Positions 9,803-21,045 are shown, numbered from the stretch's first letter. The stretch: 64,000 nt of DNA from Phormidium sp. (GCA_051013385.1 CP143273.1:768001-832000), one strand, 5' to 3'. Numbers and translations: made by a program. The notes: a model not told the origin generated them from the sequence alone.

Positions 9803-10633
9803 TTAGTAACTAGCAAAAACGATTAAAATCCCCAAAATTAAGCAAAATACACTAAAACCGAAAGCAAAAATACTACATCCTTTCTGTTGTTTTGCTTCGG
9901 ATTCCTTTTCTTGAAGCAACTGTTCTTCGGATTTGTGAGTAATTATAAATTGACCTTCTGGGTTGAGGGGATGCTGAATTACTAAACTCCCCTGACTATC
10001 GCTGACTTCTCCCAATATATAAACTTTCGTATCTACAGGCAAAATATATTCATTATATTGATAACCTAAAATGCGTTTGTTGTCAAAAATTTGAGGGTTA
10101 ACATTAAAGCTAAATTGACCACTATATAGAGTAGGATTACCTTGATATTGTTCGTAGTTATCTACTACCTTGATTAAGTCAACATTGGCTCTATTAGGAT
10201 TAACTTCAATTCGACCTGTTTCATCTTCTAAGAAAAAGTTTATTTGGAGACTACTGTTGGCTAAAATTGTCGAACCTTGGCGAGTTTTGCGCTGTTCGTT
10301 ACCCTCGTTGTCGGTTTCATAGTAAGTTTCTTCGTAGGTTTCTAAAACTGTCATCTGAGCATATACACAAGGACGCTGGGAGAGTTGTGCGATCGTGGGA
10401 TTATTAGAGCGAATCATCCCTTTCACCTCAACTTGTTCGCGAAAAGATCCACCCTCACCGAGTTCTTTCGCGATCGCATCGCTGAGGTGTTGTAGTTCGC
10501 CCACTGTAGATGTTTCAGTGCTCTTAATAGATCTAATGTTCTCTAAGGTTTCTCTTCGTCCGAAAATGAAGACGATCGCTGTAATTAGAGATAACAAACT
10601 AAAGACCAAAAGGATCGCACCAAAAATAAACAT
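9803..10633 (-). CDS. GIDE-domain (E3 ubiquitin ligase family-like) membrane protein
   Basis: N- and C-terminal TM helices; FFLEDETGRIEVNP and E.ILP...VYILGE motifs. Confidence 0.7.
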   Translation of the reverse strand: MFIFGAILLVFSLLSLITAIVFIFGRRETLENIRSIKSTETSTVGELQHLSDAIAKELGEGGSFREQVEVKGMIRSNNPTIAQLSQRPCVYAQMTVLETYEETYYETDNEGNEQRKTRQGSTILANSSLQINFFLEDETGRIEVNPNRANVDLIKVVDNYEQYQGNPTLYSGQFSFNVNPQIFDNKRILGYQYNEYILPVDTKVYILGEVSDSQGSLVIQHPLNPEGQFIITHKSEEQLLQEKESEAKQQKGCSIFAFGFSVFCLILGILIVFASY

Positions 10634-10696
10634 GATCTAATGCTCCATTTTAGCCATAGCCTGCAAGTCACCTTACAAGCATAAGAATATTTGTTC

Positions 10697-11413
10697 TCAC
10701 ACTGCTACTGTAGCAATTTCTTCGGGTGTGAGGTGAGAGTGTAATACTTGACCGTCGCGGAACCAAACTATGCGCTTAGTTTGTTTTGCTACGTCTGGTT
10801 CATGAGTTACCATGACGACTGTAATCCCGCTTTCATTTAATTCTGTAAAAATATCCATAACTTCTTGGGTGGTTTTAGAATCTAATGCGCCTGTGGGTTC
10901 ATCTGCTAATAATAATACTGGGCGGTTGACTATGGCGCGAGCGATCGCCACCCGCTGCTGCTGTCCCCCGGAAAGTTGATTAGGTCTATTATTCAGTCTT
11001 TTTGCTAATCCCACTTTCGTAAGTGCTTCTACCGCACGTTCTTTTCTTTCTCCCCCTGGAATACCTGCATAAACCATTGGTAACATGACATTTTCCATCG
11101 CAGTTAATTGGGGTAAAAGGTGGAATTGTTGAAACACAAACCCTAATTTTTGATTGCGAATTTTCGCTAATTCTGCATCTGGTAATTGGGAAACATCTAC
11201 TCGATCTAAATAATAGCTACCGGAAGAAGGGCGATCGAGACAACCGATAATATTCATTGCTGTAGATTTACCCGATCCAGAAGCACCCATAATTGAACAA
11301 TATTCGCCTTCTTCAACTACTAAGTTAACTTCTTGTAGTGCTTTTACTTCTGTATCGCCACTACCGTAAACTTTGCTAATGTCTTCTAATCTGATAACTA
11401 CTGGTTTAAGCAT
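10697..11413 (-). CDS. ABC exporter ATP-binding protein (MacB/LolD-like)
   Basis: Walker [10 protein letters not shown], signature [18 protein letters not shown]. Confidence 0.93.
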   Translation of the reverse strand: MLKPVVIRLEDISKVYGSGDTEVKALQEVNLVVEEGEYCSIMGASGSGKSTAMNIIGCLDRPSSGSYYLDRVDVSQLPDAELAKIRNQKLGFVFQQFHLLPQLTAMENVMLPMVYAGIPGGERKERAVEALTKVGLAKRLNNRPNQLSGGQQQRVAIARAIVNRPVLLLADEPTGALDSKTTQEVMDIFTELNESGITVVMVTHEPDVAKQTKRIVWFRDGQVLHSHLTPEEIATVAV

Positions 11414-11471
11414 AATTTTATTTCCTAATTTACCGAATTATTAATGCCAAAAGGCGGAATAAATTTTTGAG

Positions 11472-11696
11472 TTTGTAGGGGCGGGTTTAGCAGATGAATC
11501 TGTACTCACAACAGAAGAATTAACAACAAAACCCGCCCTTCCAGGATTTGTAGGGGAGAGCAGGTGGCTGAAGTAATTAAACAAAAAGAGAAGAATTAAC
11601 AACAAAACCCGCCCTTCCAGGATTTGTAGGGGGCGGGTTTTGTTGAGAGATTGTCTGTGGGTGACAAAGGTTATCTGCTCTCACCCGCCCCTACAT
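11472..11696. repeat. GTAG-type REP cluster (GTAGGGGCGGG...CCCGCCC) with a ~43 bp internal direct repeat
   Basis: Inverted REP arms; agaagaattaacaacaaaacccgcccttccaggatttgtagggg occurs at about 11513 and 11591. Confidence 0.8.
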
Positions 11697-11766
11697 CAAT
11701 TTCTTCTTGCCCCTCTGCCTGCTTCCCTGCTCCCTAGTCCCCAATCCCTAGTCCCCAGTCCCCAAC

Positions 11767-12981
11767 TTAAGCGCTTCTCAAAGCTACAATTGGATCGAGT
11801 TTGGCGGCGCGTTGTGCGGGAACGACACCGAAGAATAAACCGATACCGCCAGAAATTCCGACTGCTAGGACGATCGCAACTGGTGAAATTCCCGCTTTTA
11901 AAGGTGTTAAAGCGCCAACTAATGTGACTCCACCTACACCAATTATAGTTCCGACAATACCACCAGCAGCAGAGAGAATTATCGCTTCAATCATGAATTG
12001 AATTAGGATGTCTTGCTGAGTTGCACCGATCGCTTTTCTCAACCCAATTTCCTGGGTTCTTTCTGTTACCGAAACTAACATAATATTCATTACGCCAATT
12101 CCGCCGACGAACAGAGAAATTCCAGCGATCGCAGCTAACATTAAAGTTAAAGCACCTGTGATTGTTCCCACAATTTGCAGCACATCTCTTTGAGTTCTGA
12201 CGGTAAAATCATCTTCTGTGGTAATTTTATGGCGCAATCTTAACAAATTACTAATTTGAAATTGCGCCGCACCAATACTATTAGCATCTCGCGCCGAAAC
12301 TGCAATAAAATCTACTTCCGTTCCGTAGGGAGAAGTTCTTCCTCTCAGGCGATTTGACATTGTTGTGAGAGGAATAAAAATTGTATCATCTTGGTTACTT
12401 CCTAAGAAAGAACCTTTTTGTTCCATCACTCCTATTACTAAAAAGCTGAGATTTCTAATCCTAATTTTTTCACCAATGGGGTTTTGACTACCAAACAATT
12501 TACCAACGACATCCGAACCGAGAATTGCGACTTGGTTGTTACTTTTCAAATCTTGCTCGCTAATAAACCTGCCTTTAGCTAAATCAAAACTGCGGACTGG
12601 TAAAAATTCTGGGGTAACGCCAATAATTTGAGTGTTGGTATTCTTATTACTATAAACTACAGGTAGACGGCTTTGAATTTGCGGGGCTACGTCTGTCACA
12701 GAAGGTACTTGGTTTGCGATCGCTTTCGCATCATCTAACACCAAAGTTTTGGGAATATCCCGGTTTCTTTGAGCGTTTTGATTACCGGGAATAATAAACA
12801 AAACATTTGGGCCAAGGGATTCAAACTGTTCTGATGCTAACCTTTGGGCTCCTTGTCCAATTCCCACCATAGCAATTACTGAAGCATTACCAATGATAAT
12901 GCCCAGCATTGTTAAGGTGCTACGTAATTTATTCGCAACTAATGTAGTAGTTGCCATTTTCACGCTTTCAACAATATCCAT
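11767..12981 (-). CDS. ABC exporter permease (MacB/FtsX-like)
   Basis: RSTLTMLGIIIG, GGIGVMNIMLVSVTERTQEIGLRKAIGA. Confidence 0.93.
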   Translation of the reverse strand: MDIVESVKMATTTLVANKLRSTLTMLGIIIGNASVIAMVGIGQGAQRLASEQFESLGPNVLFIIPGNQNAQRNRDIPKTLVLDDAKAIANQVPSVTDVAPQIQSRLPVVYSNKNTNTQIIGVTPEFLPVRSFDLAKGRFISEQDLKSNNQVAILGSDVVGKLFGSQNPIGEKIRIRNLSFLVIGVMEQKGSFLGSNQDDTIFIPLTTMSNRLRGRTSPYGTEVDFIAVSARDANSIGAAQFQISNLLRLRHKITTEDDFTVRTQRDVLQIVGTITGALTLMLAAIAGISLFVGGIGVMNIMLVSVTERTQEIGLRKAIGATQQDILIQFMIEAIILSAAGGIVGTIIGVGGVTLVGALTPLKAGISPVAIVLAVGISGGIGLFFGVVPAQRAAKLDPIVALRSA

Positions 12982-13032
12982 TTCACAAGTTAATTAAACA
13001 ACGTGGTTCATAAAAATCTTTTTCCCGAATTA

Positions 13033-13097
13033 TGTAGGGACACAGCGGACAATAAACGATCGTCTCTGCCAAAATCTTAATGATGCCGTGTCCCTAC
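13033..13097. repeat. REP element GTAGGGACAC(A/G)GC...ATGCCGTGTCCCTAC
   Basis: Imperfect palindrome; same family at 27377-27441 and 31675-31740. Confidence 0.8.
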
Positions 13098-13099
13098 GA

Positions 13100-14692
13100 T
13101 TATGGTTTAATTTGTTTGCGGTCTTTGGGCAAATCAATATAAATTTGTTCGCCTTCTTTTAAACCATCTAAAATTTGAGTTTGGTCTTGAATTGTGGAAC
13201 CAATAGTTACCGGACGAAAGACAGATTTGTTCTTTTCACCTGGTAATAATACCCCGGTTTGTCCTTTTTCAGTAACGATCGCCACAGTCGGCACCATTAA
13301 AGCACCGCTAACTTGTTTTCCTAAGAAAGTTAAATCTACATTCATTCCCGATCGCAACTCTTCTAAACCAGTAACTAATTCCACTCTCACTTGGAAAGAA
13401 GTAACATTTTGATCGACAATTGCTTCAGGAGCAATTAAGCGCACTTTTCCCTTAAAAACTTTTTCGGGATAAGCATCAGCGACAACTTCTACTTCTTGTC
13501 CTTGTTTAATATTACCAATATCTACTTCAGGAACTTTAGCCAAAATTTCTAAACCACGAGCGATCGCAACTACCGAAGTAGAAGTTGCCGAAGCACTACT
13601 AGAAGCCGAAGTTGTTGGCGTAACAAAAGCTCCTATAGTTGCGTATCTTTGAGTGACAATTCCATCAAAAGGAGCGCGGATAATCGTATCATTTAATTGC
13701 ACTTGAATTTGTTGCACTCGCGCCTGGGCTTCTTTCACTCCTGCTTCTGCTTGAGCAATATCCTCCGGGCGAGAACCTGCTATTAACAAATCTAAAGCCT
13801 TTTGTGATTCTCTTACCGCAGCTTGTCTTTGAGCAATTACTTCCGATCGAGTACCTTTTTGCAACATTGCCAAAGCTTCTTGGGCTTCTTCAACCGCTGC
13901 TTGACGTTGAGCAATTTCCGCCGGGGAAGTACCATTTTGTATTTGTACTAATCGCCGTTTTGCTTCTTCTAAATTCGCCGTGGCGCTGCGATATTCGGAA
14001 ATAACTTCCTGCAATCTATCCGCAGAAATTGCCCCTTGAGTTGCCAAACTTTGATTAGCTTTTAAACGTTGATTTGCCAAATCTAACCTAGCTTGGGCGG
14101 CTTGAACTTGGGCTTGAGTTTGGGCAATTTGTTGGGGATTTCCAGTTTGTGTTGCGGTTAATTGGGCTTTAGCTTGATCTAAGCGAAATCTTGCTTGGGC
14201 GATTTCTTCCGGGCGACTTCCGGCTCTGGCTTCTGCTAACTGGGCTTGGGTTTGTGATAATCTGGCTCTAGCTTGGGAAATCTCTTCCGGGCGATTTCCG
14301 GCGCGAATTTCTGCTAACTGAGCTTGGGCTTTTGCTAAGGCTGCTTTCGCTTGGGCTAGTTGCGCCTGAATGTCACCATTGTCCATTCTGGCAATGATAT
14401 CGCCTGCTTTTACTTTGTCGCCTTGTTCCACCATTAACTCTGCAATTCTTCCCGCAGTTTTCGGGCTGAGGTTAACTGTTTGGATCGGGACTACTGTACC
14501 ACTGGCAGTAATTCGCAGGGTGATTGTTTTGGCTTCTACAGGGACGGTTACTTGCGCTACGTCAGTTTTCGGCGCTACCCTGCTGACCATAACATAAGTT
14601 CCCGCTGAGACACTCAATAGTCCCGCAGCGATTAATCCAGCAATCCAAGGGGCTCGTTGGTCAGTTTTTTTACCAATAAAAGGAAGTTGCAT
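13100..14692 (-). CDS. Efflux RND/MacA-type periplasmic adaptor subunit
   Basis: N-terminal TM, lipoyl half-motifs (PKTAGRI..L.VEQGDKVKAGD; IRAPFDGIV), long coiled coil with repeated G.RPEEI. Confidence 0.9.
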   Translation of the reverse strand: MQLPFIGKKTDQRAPWIAGLIAAGLLSVSAGTYVMVSRVAPKTDVAQVTVPVEAKTITLRITASGTVVPIQTVNLSPKTAGRIAELMVEQGDKVKAGDIIARMDNGDIQAQLAQAKAALAKAQAQLAEIRAGNRPEEISQARARLSQTQAQLAEARAGSRPEEIAQARFRLDQAKAQLTATQTGNPQQIAQTQAQVQAAQARLDLANQRLKANQSLATQGAISADRLQEVISEYRSATANLEEAKRRLVQIQNGTSPAEIAQRQAAVEEAQEALAMLQKGTRSEVIAQRQAAVRESQKALDLLIAGSRPEDIAQAEAGVKEAQARVQQIQVQLNDTIIRAPFDGIVTQRYATIGAFVTPTTSASSSASATSTSVVAIARGLEILAKVPEVDIGNIKQGQEVEVVADAYPEKVFKGKVRLIAPEAIVDQNVTSFQVRVELVTGLEELRSGMNVDLTFLGKQVSGALMVPTVAIVTEKGQTGVLLPGEKNKSVFRPVTIGSTIQDQTQILDGLKEGEQIYIDLPKDRKQIKP

Positions 14693-15141
14693 GATTTGAA
14701 ATTATCTAATGGAAAATTATTCAGAAAATTCAGAAAATAAATATAGGAGCAGGGACGATCGCATAAGGCTTGAGAGCAGCATTTGTCAATGCTTTTAGGT
14801 TTCATCTCTAACCTTAATCCCGATCTGAGTTAAGCATATCTGTATGTTTGAGGGAAAAATATACACTGATGATTAGTTTACTTTACTTTTCTTAATATTA
14901 ACGAGTTTCACTAATCTAGCAGGATCGGTCGCTCGGGCAATTTTTGGGGGAAAAGGCGATCGTCGGAACCAGGGATATAAAAATAAAGACAGCACCAACT
15001 CGATTTTGGTTCACAAATCCGTTCTGAGATCCCGGACTTGTTGAAGAACACCGGGATTTGGGTGAGAGAACTTGTCCGAAATAATGAATTAAAGTAAGGT
15101 TAAACTAAACTGACGACACCTTCTGACTTCGAGGCTGTACT

Positions 15142-16032
15142 GTGCCAACCAAACGCAAACCTTGGTTTCATCTTTTATTCATCTTCGGGATTTGGAGCGC
15201 GGCTGTACCAGCTTTTGGACAGGCGCTTGTGCCCCACGCGCTGCAACTTAACACCTCTGAGTTGGAGCAACAGGGGTTGAGTTTAGCACAAGAAGCTACT
15301 CAGTTGGCGCAATTCCAACAATATGAATTAGCATTAACCCGCGCCCAATTAGCAACACAGCTTTCCCCCAAAAATTACCAAGCTTGGTTTCTGCTGGGTG
15401 GATTATATATCCAGAACAATCAGTTGGACAAAGGAATTGTGGCGCTGAAACAAGCTCAGTCTTTAAAGCCTGACGAAGCGGCTATTTTCTTTGCTCTAGG
15501 TTCAGCATACTTTCAGCAGGAAAAGTATGATGCTGCGATCGGGGCCCTAAAAGATGGCTTGAAACTTAAACCCAATTCTCCTGAAGCTTTATTTGATTTG
15601 GGAAATGCTCATTATAAGTTAAATCAATTTCCCCAAGCTTTGGACAGCTACCAAAAAGCTGTGAAAGCTGATGCTAAATTCTGGCCTGCAATTAACAACA
15701 TTGGCCTGATTAAATATGAACAGGGTAATGTCGATGCTGCTATTGGGGAATGGCAAAGAGCCCTAACTATTGAAAAGGATGGTGTAGAGCCTAAGTTAGC
15801 GATCGCAGTCGCCCTCTACGCGAAAGGCGATCGAGAAAAAGCTCTAGCTTTAGGAGAAGCTGCGATTAAGAGTGACGATCGTTATGCCGATCTGGAATTT
15901 TTAAAGCAAAATCTTTGGGGCACTCGCTTAATTAGCGATACCCAAAAGTTTCTCGCTACTCCTAGAATGCAAGCTACGATCGCTCAAGGTTCAGGGCCTC
16001 AATCCTCTGAACCTCAAAGAACACCTCGCTAG
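15142..16032 (+). CDS. Exported tetratricopeptide repeat protein
   Basis: Signal peptide followed by multiple TPR repeats. Confidence 0.85.
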   Translation: MPTKRKPWFHLLFIFGIWSAAVPAFGQALVPHALQLNTSELEQQGLSLAQEATQLAQFQQYELALTRAQLATQLSPKNYQAWFLLGGLYIQNNQLDKGIVALKQAQSLKPDEAAIFFALGSAYFQQEKYDAAIGALKDGLKLKPNSPEALFDLGNAHYKLNQFPQALDSYQKAVKADAKFWPAINNIGLIKYEQGNVDAAIGEWQRALTIEKDGVEPKLAIAVALYAKGDREKALALGEAAIKSDDRYADLEFLKQNLWGTRLISDTQKFLATPRMQATIAQGSGPQSSEPQRTPR

Positions 16033-16076
16033 AGGCAGCTTTGCAGGGTACCTTCGCTGACGCTTTACGCTTTACA

Positions 16077-16146
16077 AGGGGACAAGGGGACTAGGGGACT
16101 AGGGAACTAGGGGACTAGGGAACTAGGGGACTAGGGAACTAGGGGA
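16077..16146 (+). repeat. STRR-like octamer repeat GGG(G/A)ACTA
   Basis: Directly visible. Confidence 0.9.
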
Positions 16147-16247
16147 ATTTTACCTTCTGCCTGGGAGCCTTGAAGCCTTTCCCCTGCAAAAAAGCTTAAC
16201 TTTACATTATAATTTGTTCGCTCGGTTTCAGTAAAGTTATTGCTGAA

Positions 16248-16276
16248 TTGACATAAAAGTAGTACATAAGTACTAT
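16248..16276 (+). promoter_or_regulatory. Sigma70 promoter TTGACA-N17-TACTAT overlapped by a LexA box AGTAC-ATA-AGTACT (16261-16274)
   Basis: Consensus -35, 17 bp spacer, near-consensus -10; box matches cyanobacterial LexA consensus RGTACNNNDGTWCB. Confidence 0.7.
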
Positions 16277-16466
16277 AAAACCTAAATTAGAATTACCCTC
16301 TTATGAATCAGACAGACAAAATAGTAATAAGTTGTTCGACATTTAAACTGGATAAATTGGAAACAGGAAAAAATAACTCAAATCCTCTCCCCTGCCCGCT
16401 GCTGGTTTGCTGCCCTTGAGAAGGAATGGTTCAGGTAGGCTAGTGTAAGAGTGTCTGAGGTATTTA

Positions 16467-16880
16467 TTAAGTTATGTTTTGAGAGTCTTTAGGCAGTAGA
16501 GCCATAATCTGATCTACGAATTCTTGATGATCGACCACAGGTTTAGAAATATAGCCATCGGCACCGCTTTGTTTGAGGAAGTTTTCCCGATCGCCCTCCA
16601 TCGCATGAGCCGTTACCAAAATCACAGGCAAATTGGCAGTTTGAGGATCGGCCTTTAACATTTGGGTAATTTTAATCCCATCCACAGATTTACCTTGGTA
16701 ACTGCTGTTTTGTAGAGAAACATCCATCAAAATTAAGTCAGCCTGACCATTCTGGGCAATTTGCATTACTTCTTCTACATTTTCAGTTCCCTTAACTTCT
16801 AAACCACCCCGCTTGGTAAGAATCTTCGAGAAAACGCGAAGGTTAATTGGATCGTCTTCAACTATTAGAACAGTTTTCAT
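16467..16880 (-). CDS. Single-domain response regulator (DivK-like)
   Basis: LIVEDD, LILMD, VTAHAMEGDRE, GYISKP. Confidence 0.92.
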   Translation of the reverse strand: MKTVLIVEDDPINLRVFSKILTKRGGLEVKGTENVEEVMQIAQNGQADLILMDVSLQNSSYQGKSVDGIKITQMLKADPQTANLPVILVTAHAMEGDRENFLKQSGADGYISKPVVDHQEFVDQIMALLPKDSQNIT

Positions 16881-17004
16881 TTTGGTTTCCTTTTCCCTAA
16901 ATTCAGAATAAGACAGTATTGGCTATGCCGTTTGATACTACTGTGAAAATTGTTAATTTCGTACCCATCGATTATTTTTCGTCATCATTAAGGAACTTTG
17001 ACTC

Positions 17005-19557
17005 ATGGCAAAACAGTTAAACATACTCTCTTCAGGACAGATTATCACTACGGCTCTGCATACGGAGATGCAAAGGTCGTATCTTGAATATGCCATGAGT
17101 GTGATTGTCGGTCGAGCGCTACCCGATGTCCGAGATGGGTTGAAACCCGTACATCGACGCATTTTGTATGCGATGCACGAGTTGGGATTAACGCCCGATC
17201 GACCTTACCGGAAGTGTGCTCGTGTGGTGGGAGATGTTTTAGGTAAGTATCACCCTCACGGCGACCAAGCGGTTTATGATGCTTTGGTGCGAATGGTGCA
17301 GGATTTTTCCTGTCGTTACCCTTTATTGGCAGGTCATGGCAATTTTGGTTCAGTAGATAATGACCCTCCAGCGGCGATGCGTTATACAGAAACACGCCTC
17401 GCACCGATTAGTCATGAGGCGATGTTGAGTGAAATAGGCGAAGCTACAGTTGATTTTATCCCGAATTTTGACAATTCCCAACAAGAACCTGTAGTTTTAC
17501 CTGCTCAATTACCTATTCTATTACTTAATGGCTGCGCTGGGATTGCGGTAGGGATGGCGACTAATGTTCCGCCACACAATTTGGGCGAGTTGGTAGATGG
17601 GTTAATTGCTTTAATTGATGATGCTAATCTCTCTGATGATAAGTTGCTTACGTTAATTCCGGGGCCTGATTTTCCCACTGGGGGCGAAATTGTCGGGAGT
17701 GAGGGAACTCGTGAGGCTTACACTACTGGAAAGGGTGTTATTACGGTGCGGGGAATTGCCAATATTGAGGAAGTTCAAATTGGTAGAGGTCGTCAGCGTC
17801 AAAGGGGAACTACGCGCAGTGCGATCGTTGTGACTGAGTTACCTTTCCAAGTCAATAAGGCAGCTTGGATTGAAAAGATTGCCGAGTTAGTTAATCAAGG
17901 TAAAATTGAGGGGATTGCGGATATTCGGGATGAGAGCGATCGCGAAGGAATGCGCGTCGTAATCGAACTAAAACGCGATACTAACCCGCAAGAAGTTTTG
18001 GAAAATTTATACAAACAAACGGCGCTGGCGAGTAATTTTGGGGCGATTTTGTTGGCTTTGGTGGAAGGACAACCGAGACAATTAACTTTGCGGCAAATTT
18101 TACAGGAGTTTCTCAGTTTTCGGGAACAAACTCTGACTCGACAATATAGCTATGAATTAGAACAAACAGAAAGACGTTTGCATTTAGTTGAAGGTTTAAT
18201 TGCCGCTTTAGAAAATTTAGATGCGATTATTGAAATTCTGCGAAATGCGCCTGATGGATCGACGGCAAAAGTTACTTTTCAAAGTCAGTTTAATTTTAGC
18301 GATCGCCAATCTGATGCTATTTTAGCCATGCCTTTGCGTCGGTTAACTGGTTTAGAACGTCAACAATTACAACAGGAATTAAACGAACTTACGGAAAGGA
18401 TTCAAAATTTGCAAAGGTTGTTGAGCGATCGAAATGAATTACTCAAAGCTTTGAAAAAAGATTTGCGTTCTTTGAAAAAGAAATACTCCGATCCGCGACG
18501 CACTCGCATTTACAATCCTAAAGTTACTGCAACCGCAACCAAGAAAACCCCAGAAAAGGAAACTAAAACTCCTAGAGAACGCCGCCAAGATCAACCAAAA
18601 ACGGAAGAAGCAGAAGGACAACTTTCCTTATTCACTCCTCTAACTTCTACCACTCCTGAAGAAGCAAATTTAGAAATTACTCAGAAAGGTTATATCAGAA
18701 GATTGGCTAAAAATGGCAGTAAATCTAATTTGAAATCCTCGGATGATGTAGTTGGGAAAACTTTTTCCACAACTACGGAAGCAGATTTAATAGTTGTAAC
18801 TGGTAGCGGTAAAGCTTTCCCAGTGAAAGTTGGAGAAATTCCGCCTACTTCTGGACAAGCAAAAGGGACACCGTTAGTTAGTTTGTTACCGCAAGCTAAG
18901 GAAATTCCCGAAACTTTGGCAGGGTATTTTATTGCGCCTTCAGCGGAAGATTCCAGTAGTGTAGTTGTGGTGAGTCAACAGGGAAGAATTAAGCGATTAG
19001 CAATTTCTGAATTCGCTAACTTAACTCGTCGCGGGTTAACAGTTTTAAAAGTGAAGGAAGATGACCAATTATTGTTTGCTTTGCCGACAAATGAAAGCGA
19101 AGAAATCGCTTTGGCGACCACTGGCGGACGCATTTTGCGCTTCTTAGTTAACGAACAACAATTACCTGTAATGAGTCGTGGTGCTGGGGGTTTACAAGCA
19201 TTAAGATTAGGTCGAAATGAAAAATTAATTGGTGCTGTTAGCCTCAATAAAGATGATAATTTGTTGTTAGTAACTCATTTAGGTTATGCCAAGCGATTAC
19301 CAATTAGTGCGATTCGTTTAGCTAATTTAGGTGATATTGGTACGCAAGCTTTACAATATACTAGCAAATCAGATGCTTTAATTGGCATGATTGAAGTGAT
19401 TCCTGAAACTAAAGTATTGCTGGTAACTGATACACAAAGAATGGTGAATTTAGCTGTGGAACGAATTCCTTTTTGGGGTAAGGATGGAATTGGCGATCGC
19501 ATTAACAAGCTTAAGGAAGAGGAGAAAGTTTTAGATTTAGTAATAGTTGAAGGATAA
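17005..19557 (+). CDS. gyrA: DNA gyrase/topoisomerase IV subunit A paralog
   Basis: [24 protein letters not shown], catalytic AAMRYTE, C-terminal beta-pinwheel repeats. Confidence 0.9.
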   Translation: MAKQLNILSSGQIITTALHTEMQRSYLEYAMSVIVGRALPDVRDGLKPVHRRILYAMHELGLTPDRPYRKCARVVGDVLGKYHPHGDQAVYDALVRMVQDFSCRYPLLAGHGNFGSVDNDPPAAMRYTETRLAPISHEAMLSEIGEATVDFIPNFDNSQQEPVVLPAQLPILLLNGCAGIAVGMATNVPPHNLGELVDGLIALIDDANLSDDKLLTLIPGPDFPTGGEIVGSEGTREAYTTGKGVITVRGIANIEEVQIGRGRQRQRGTTRSAIVVTELPFQVNKAAWIEKIAELVNQGKIEGIADIRDESDREGMRVVIELKRDTNPQEVLENLYKQTALASNFGAILLALVEGQPRQLTLRQILQEFLSFREQTLTRQYSYELEQTERRLHLVEGLIAALENLDAIIEILRNAPDGSTAKVTFQSQFNFSDRQSDAILAMPLRRLTGLERQQLQQELNELTERIQNLQRLLSDRNELLKALKKDLRSLKKKYSDPRRTRIYNPKVTATATKKTPEKETKTPRERRQDQPKTEEAEGQLSLFTPLTSTTPEEANLEITQKGYIRRLAKNGSKSNLKSSDDVVGKTFSTTTEADLIVVTGSGKAFPVKVGEIPPTSGQAKGTPLVSLLPQAKEIPETLAGYFIAPSAEDSSSVVVVSQQGRIKRLAISEFANLTRRGLTVLKVKEDDQLLFALPTNESEEIALATTGGRILRFLVNEQQLPVMSRGAGGLQALRLGRNEKLIGAVSLNKDDNLLLVTHLGYAKRLPISAIRLANLGDIGTQALQYTSKSDALIGMIEVIPETKVLLVTDTQRMVNLAVERIPFWGKDGIGDRINKLKEEEKVLDLVIVEG

Positions 19558-19612
19558 TGCGTATTCTGGCTATTGGTGATATTCATGGTTGTGCGATATA
19601 TGGGAAAAAATT

Positions 19613-20857
19613 ATGGCACAAGTTGTTCTAGAAAATGTCTATAAAAGCTTTTCCGAAACTAAAGGAATTGCTGAATCGGAAGCGGAAAAAAAAGAAAATT
19701 CTCTCTCATCTACTCCCGTCTTACGCCGAATTAATTTGACGGTGGAAGATGGGGAATTTATGGTATTAGTTGGCCCTTCTGGTTGTGGTAAAAGTACGTT
19801 ATTGCGGTTAATTGCGGGATTGGAAGAATTAACAGGCGGTAATATTTGGGTGGGAGAAAGATTAGTGAACGATCTACCACCAAAAGAACGCGATATCGCA
19901 ATGGTATTTCAAAATTACGCCCTTTATCCTCACATGACTGTTTATGATAATATCGCTTTTGGTTTGCGGCGAATGAACACGGGATCAGGGGAGAAAATTT
20001 CCCGATTTAAGGAAGATTTTTTAGTTAGAATAACTAAGTCTTTTCCGAAAGGTTTTCGTTACCTTTCAGCACGAGAGAAAGTTGTTCAGAAGCAAGTAAA
20101 AAATGTGGCGCAATTATTACAAATTGAGTCGCTTTTGTCACGTTTACCAAAACAACTTTCTGGGGGACAAAAACAACGGGTAGCTTTGGGACGTGCGATC
20201 GCCAGAAATCCTCAAGTTTTTTTGATGGATGAACCTTTATCGAATTTAGATGCGAAATTAAGGGCGGAAACTCGTGCCCAAATTGTCAAATTACAGCGTC
20301 AGTTGGGAACTACTACTATTTATGTGACTCACGATCAAACTGAAGCGATGACGATGGGCGATCGCATTGCGGTAATGAATCAAGGTCAATTACAACAATT
20401 AGCTAAACCTTTAGAATTATACAACAGTCCCGCTAATATGTTTGTGGCGCAATTTATTGGTTCCCCACCAATGAACTTTATCCCCGTACAATTCCAAGCG
20501 CCACTGTTAATTAATCATCCGCAATTTCGTTTCACTGTACCCGAAGTTTGGGAGTCTGCTTTGCGAAAGTACGATCGGCAATCCCTAATTTTAGGCATTC
20601 GTCCCGAACATTTCAATATCAGCGTTCCTGCACCGGAAAATATACAAGTTGAAGTAGATTTGGTGGAAGCTTTGGGAAATGAAACTTATTTATCAGTTCA
20701 TTTGCTGGATGAAACTAACCCGAATTTGACTTTACAAGTGCGAGTTCCACCGGAAAGACAAGTAAGTATTGGTGAGAAAATCTCCTTAGCGTTGCAAAGT
20801 AAAAAAATTCATTTATTTGACTTTGAAACTAACTTAGCTATCTTTCCCAGAGATTAG
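19613..20857 (+). CDS. Sugar ABC transporter ATP-binding protein (MalK/MsmX-like)
   Basis: GPSGCGKST, MVFQNYALYPH, LSGGQKQRV, MDEPLSNLDAKLR, TOBE C-terminus. Confidence 0.92.
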   Translation: MAQVVLENVYKSFSETKGIAESEAEKKENSLSSTPVLRRINLTVEDGEFMVLVGPSGCGKSTLLRLIAGLEELTGGNIWVGERLVNDLPPKERDIAMVFQNYALYPHMTVYDNIAFGLRRMNTGSGEKISRFKEDFLVRITKSFPKGFRYLSAREKVVQKQVKNVAQLLQIESLLSRLPKQLSGGQKQRVALGRAIARNPQVFLMDEPLSNLDAKLRAETRAQIVKLQRQLGTTTIYVTHDQTEAMTMGDRIAVMNQGQLQQLAKPLELYNSPANMFVAQFIGSPPMNFIPVQFQAPLLINHPQFRFTVPEVWESALRKYDRQSLILGIRPEHFNISVPAPENIQVEVDLVEALGNETYLSVHLLDETNPNLTLQVRVPPERQVSIGEKISLALQSKKIHLFDFETNLAIFPRD

Positions 20858-20885
20858 TAAGATTTTTAACTTTCTTATTCAAAAG

Positions 20886-20916
20886 TAAAGTTATGCGTTG
20901 ATTACATAACTTTTCT
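20886..20916 (+). terminator. Putative intrinsic terminator
   Basis: aaagttatg...cataacttt hairpin followed by T-rich tract. Confidence 0.5.
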
Positions 20917-21026
20917 TGAGAACTAAAGACAATCCATGTAAGTCGATCTACCTAAAACCTGCTTACCATCAGCATCAGAGGCTTTTGTATGGTCGGAAAA
21001 GTCAACAAAATTGGCTATCAAAGCTA

Positions 21027-21045
21027 ATTGAAAATATTTCCCAAA
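21027..21045. promoter_or_regulatory. Putative Fur box upstream of feoA
   Basis: ATTGAAAATATTTCCCAAA resembles the AT-rich cyanobacterial FurA inverted repeat; context is iron uptake genes. Confidence 0.5.
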
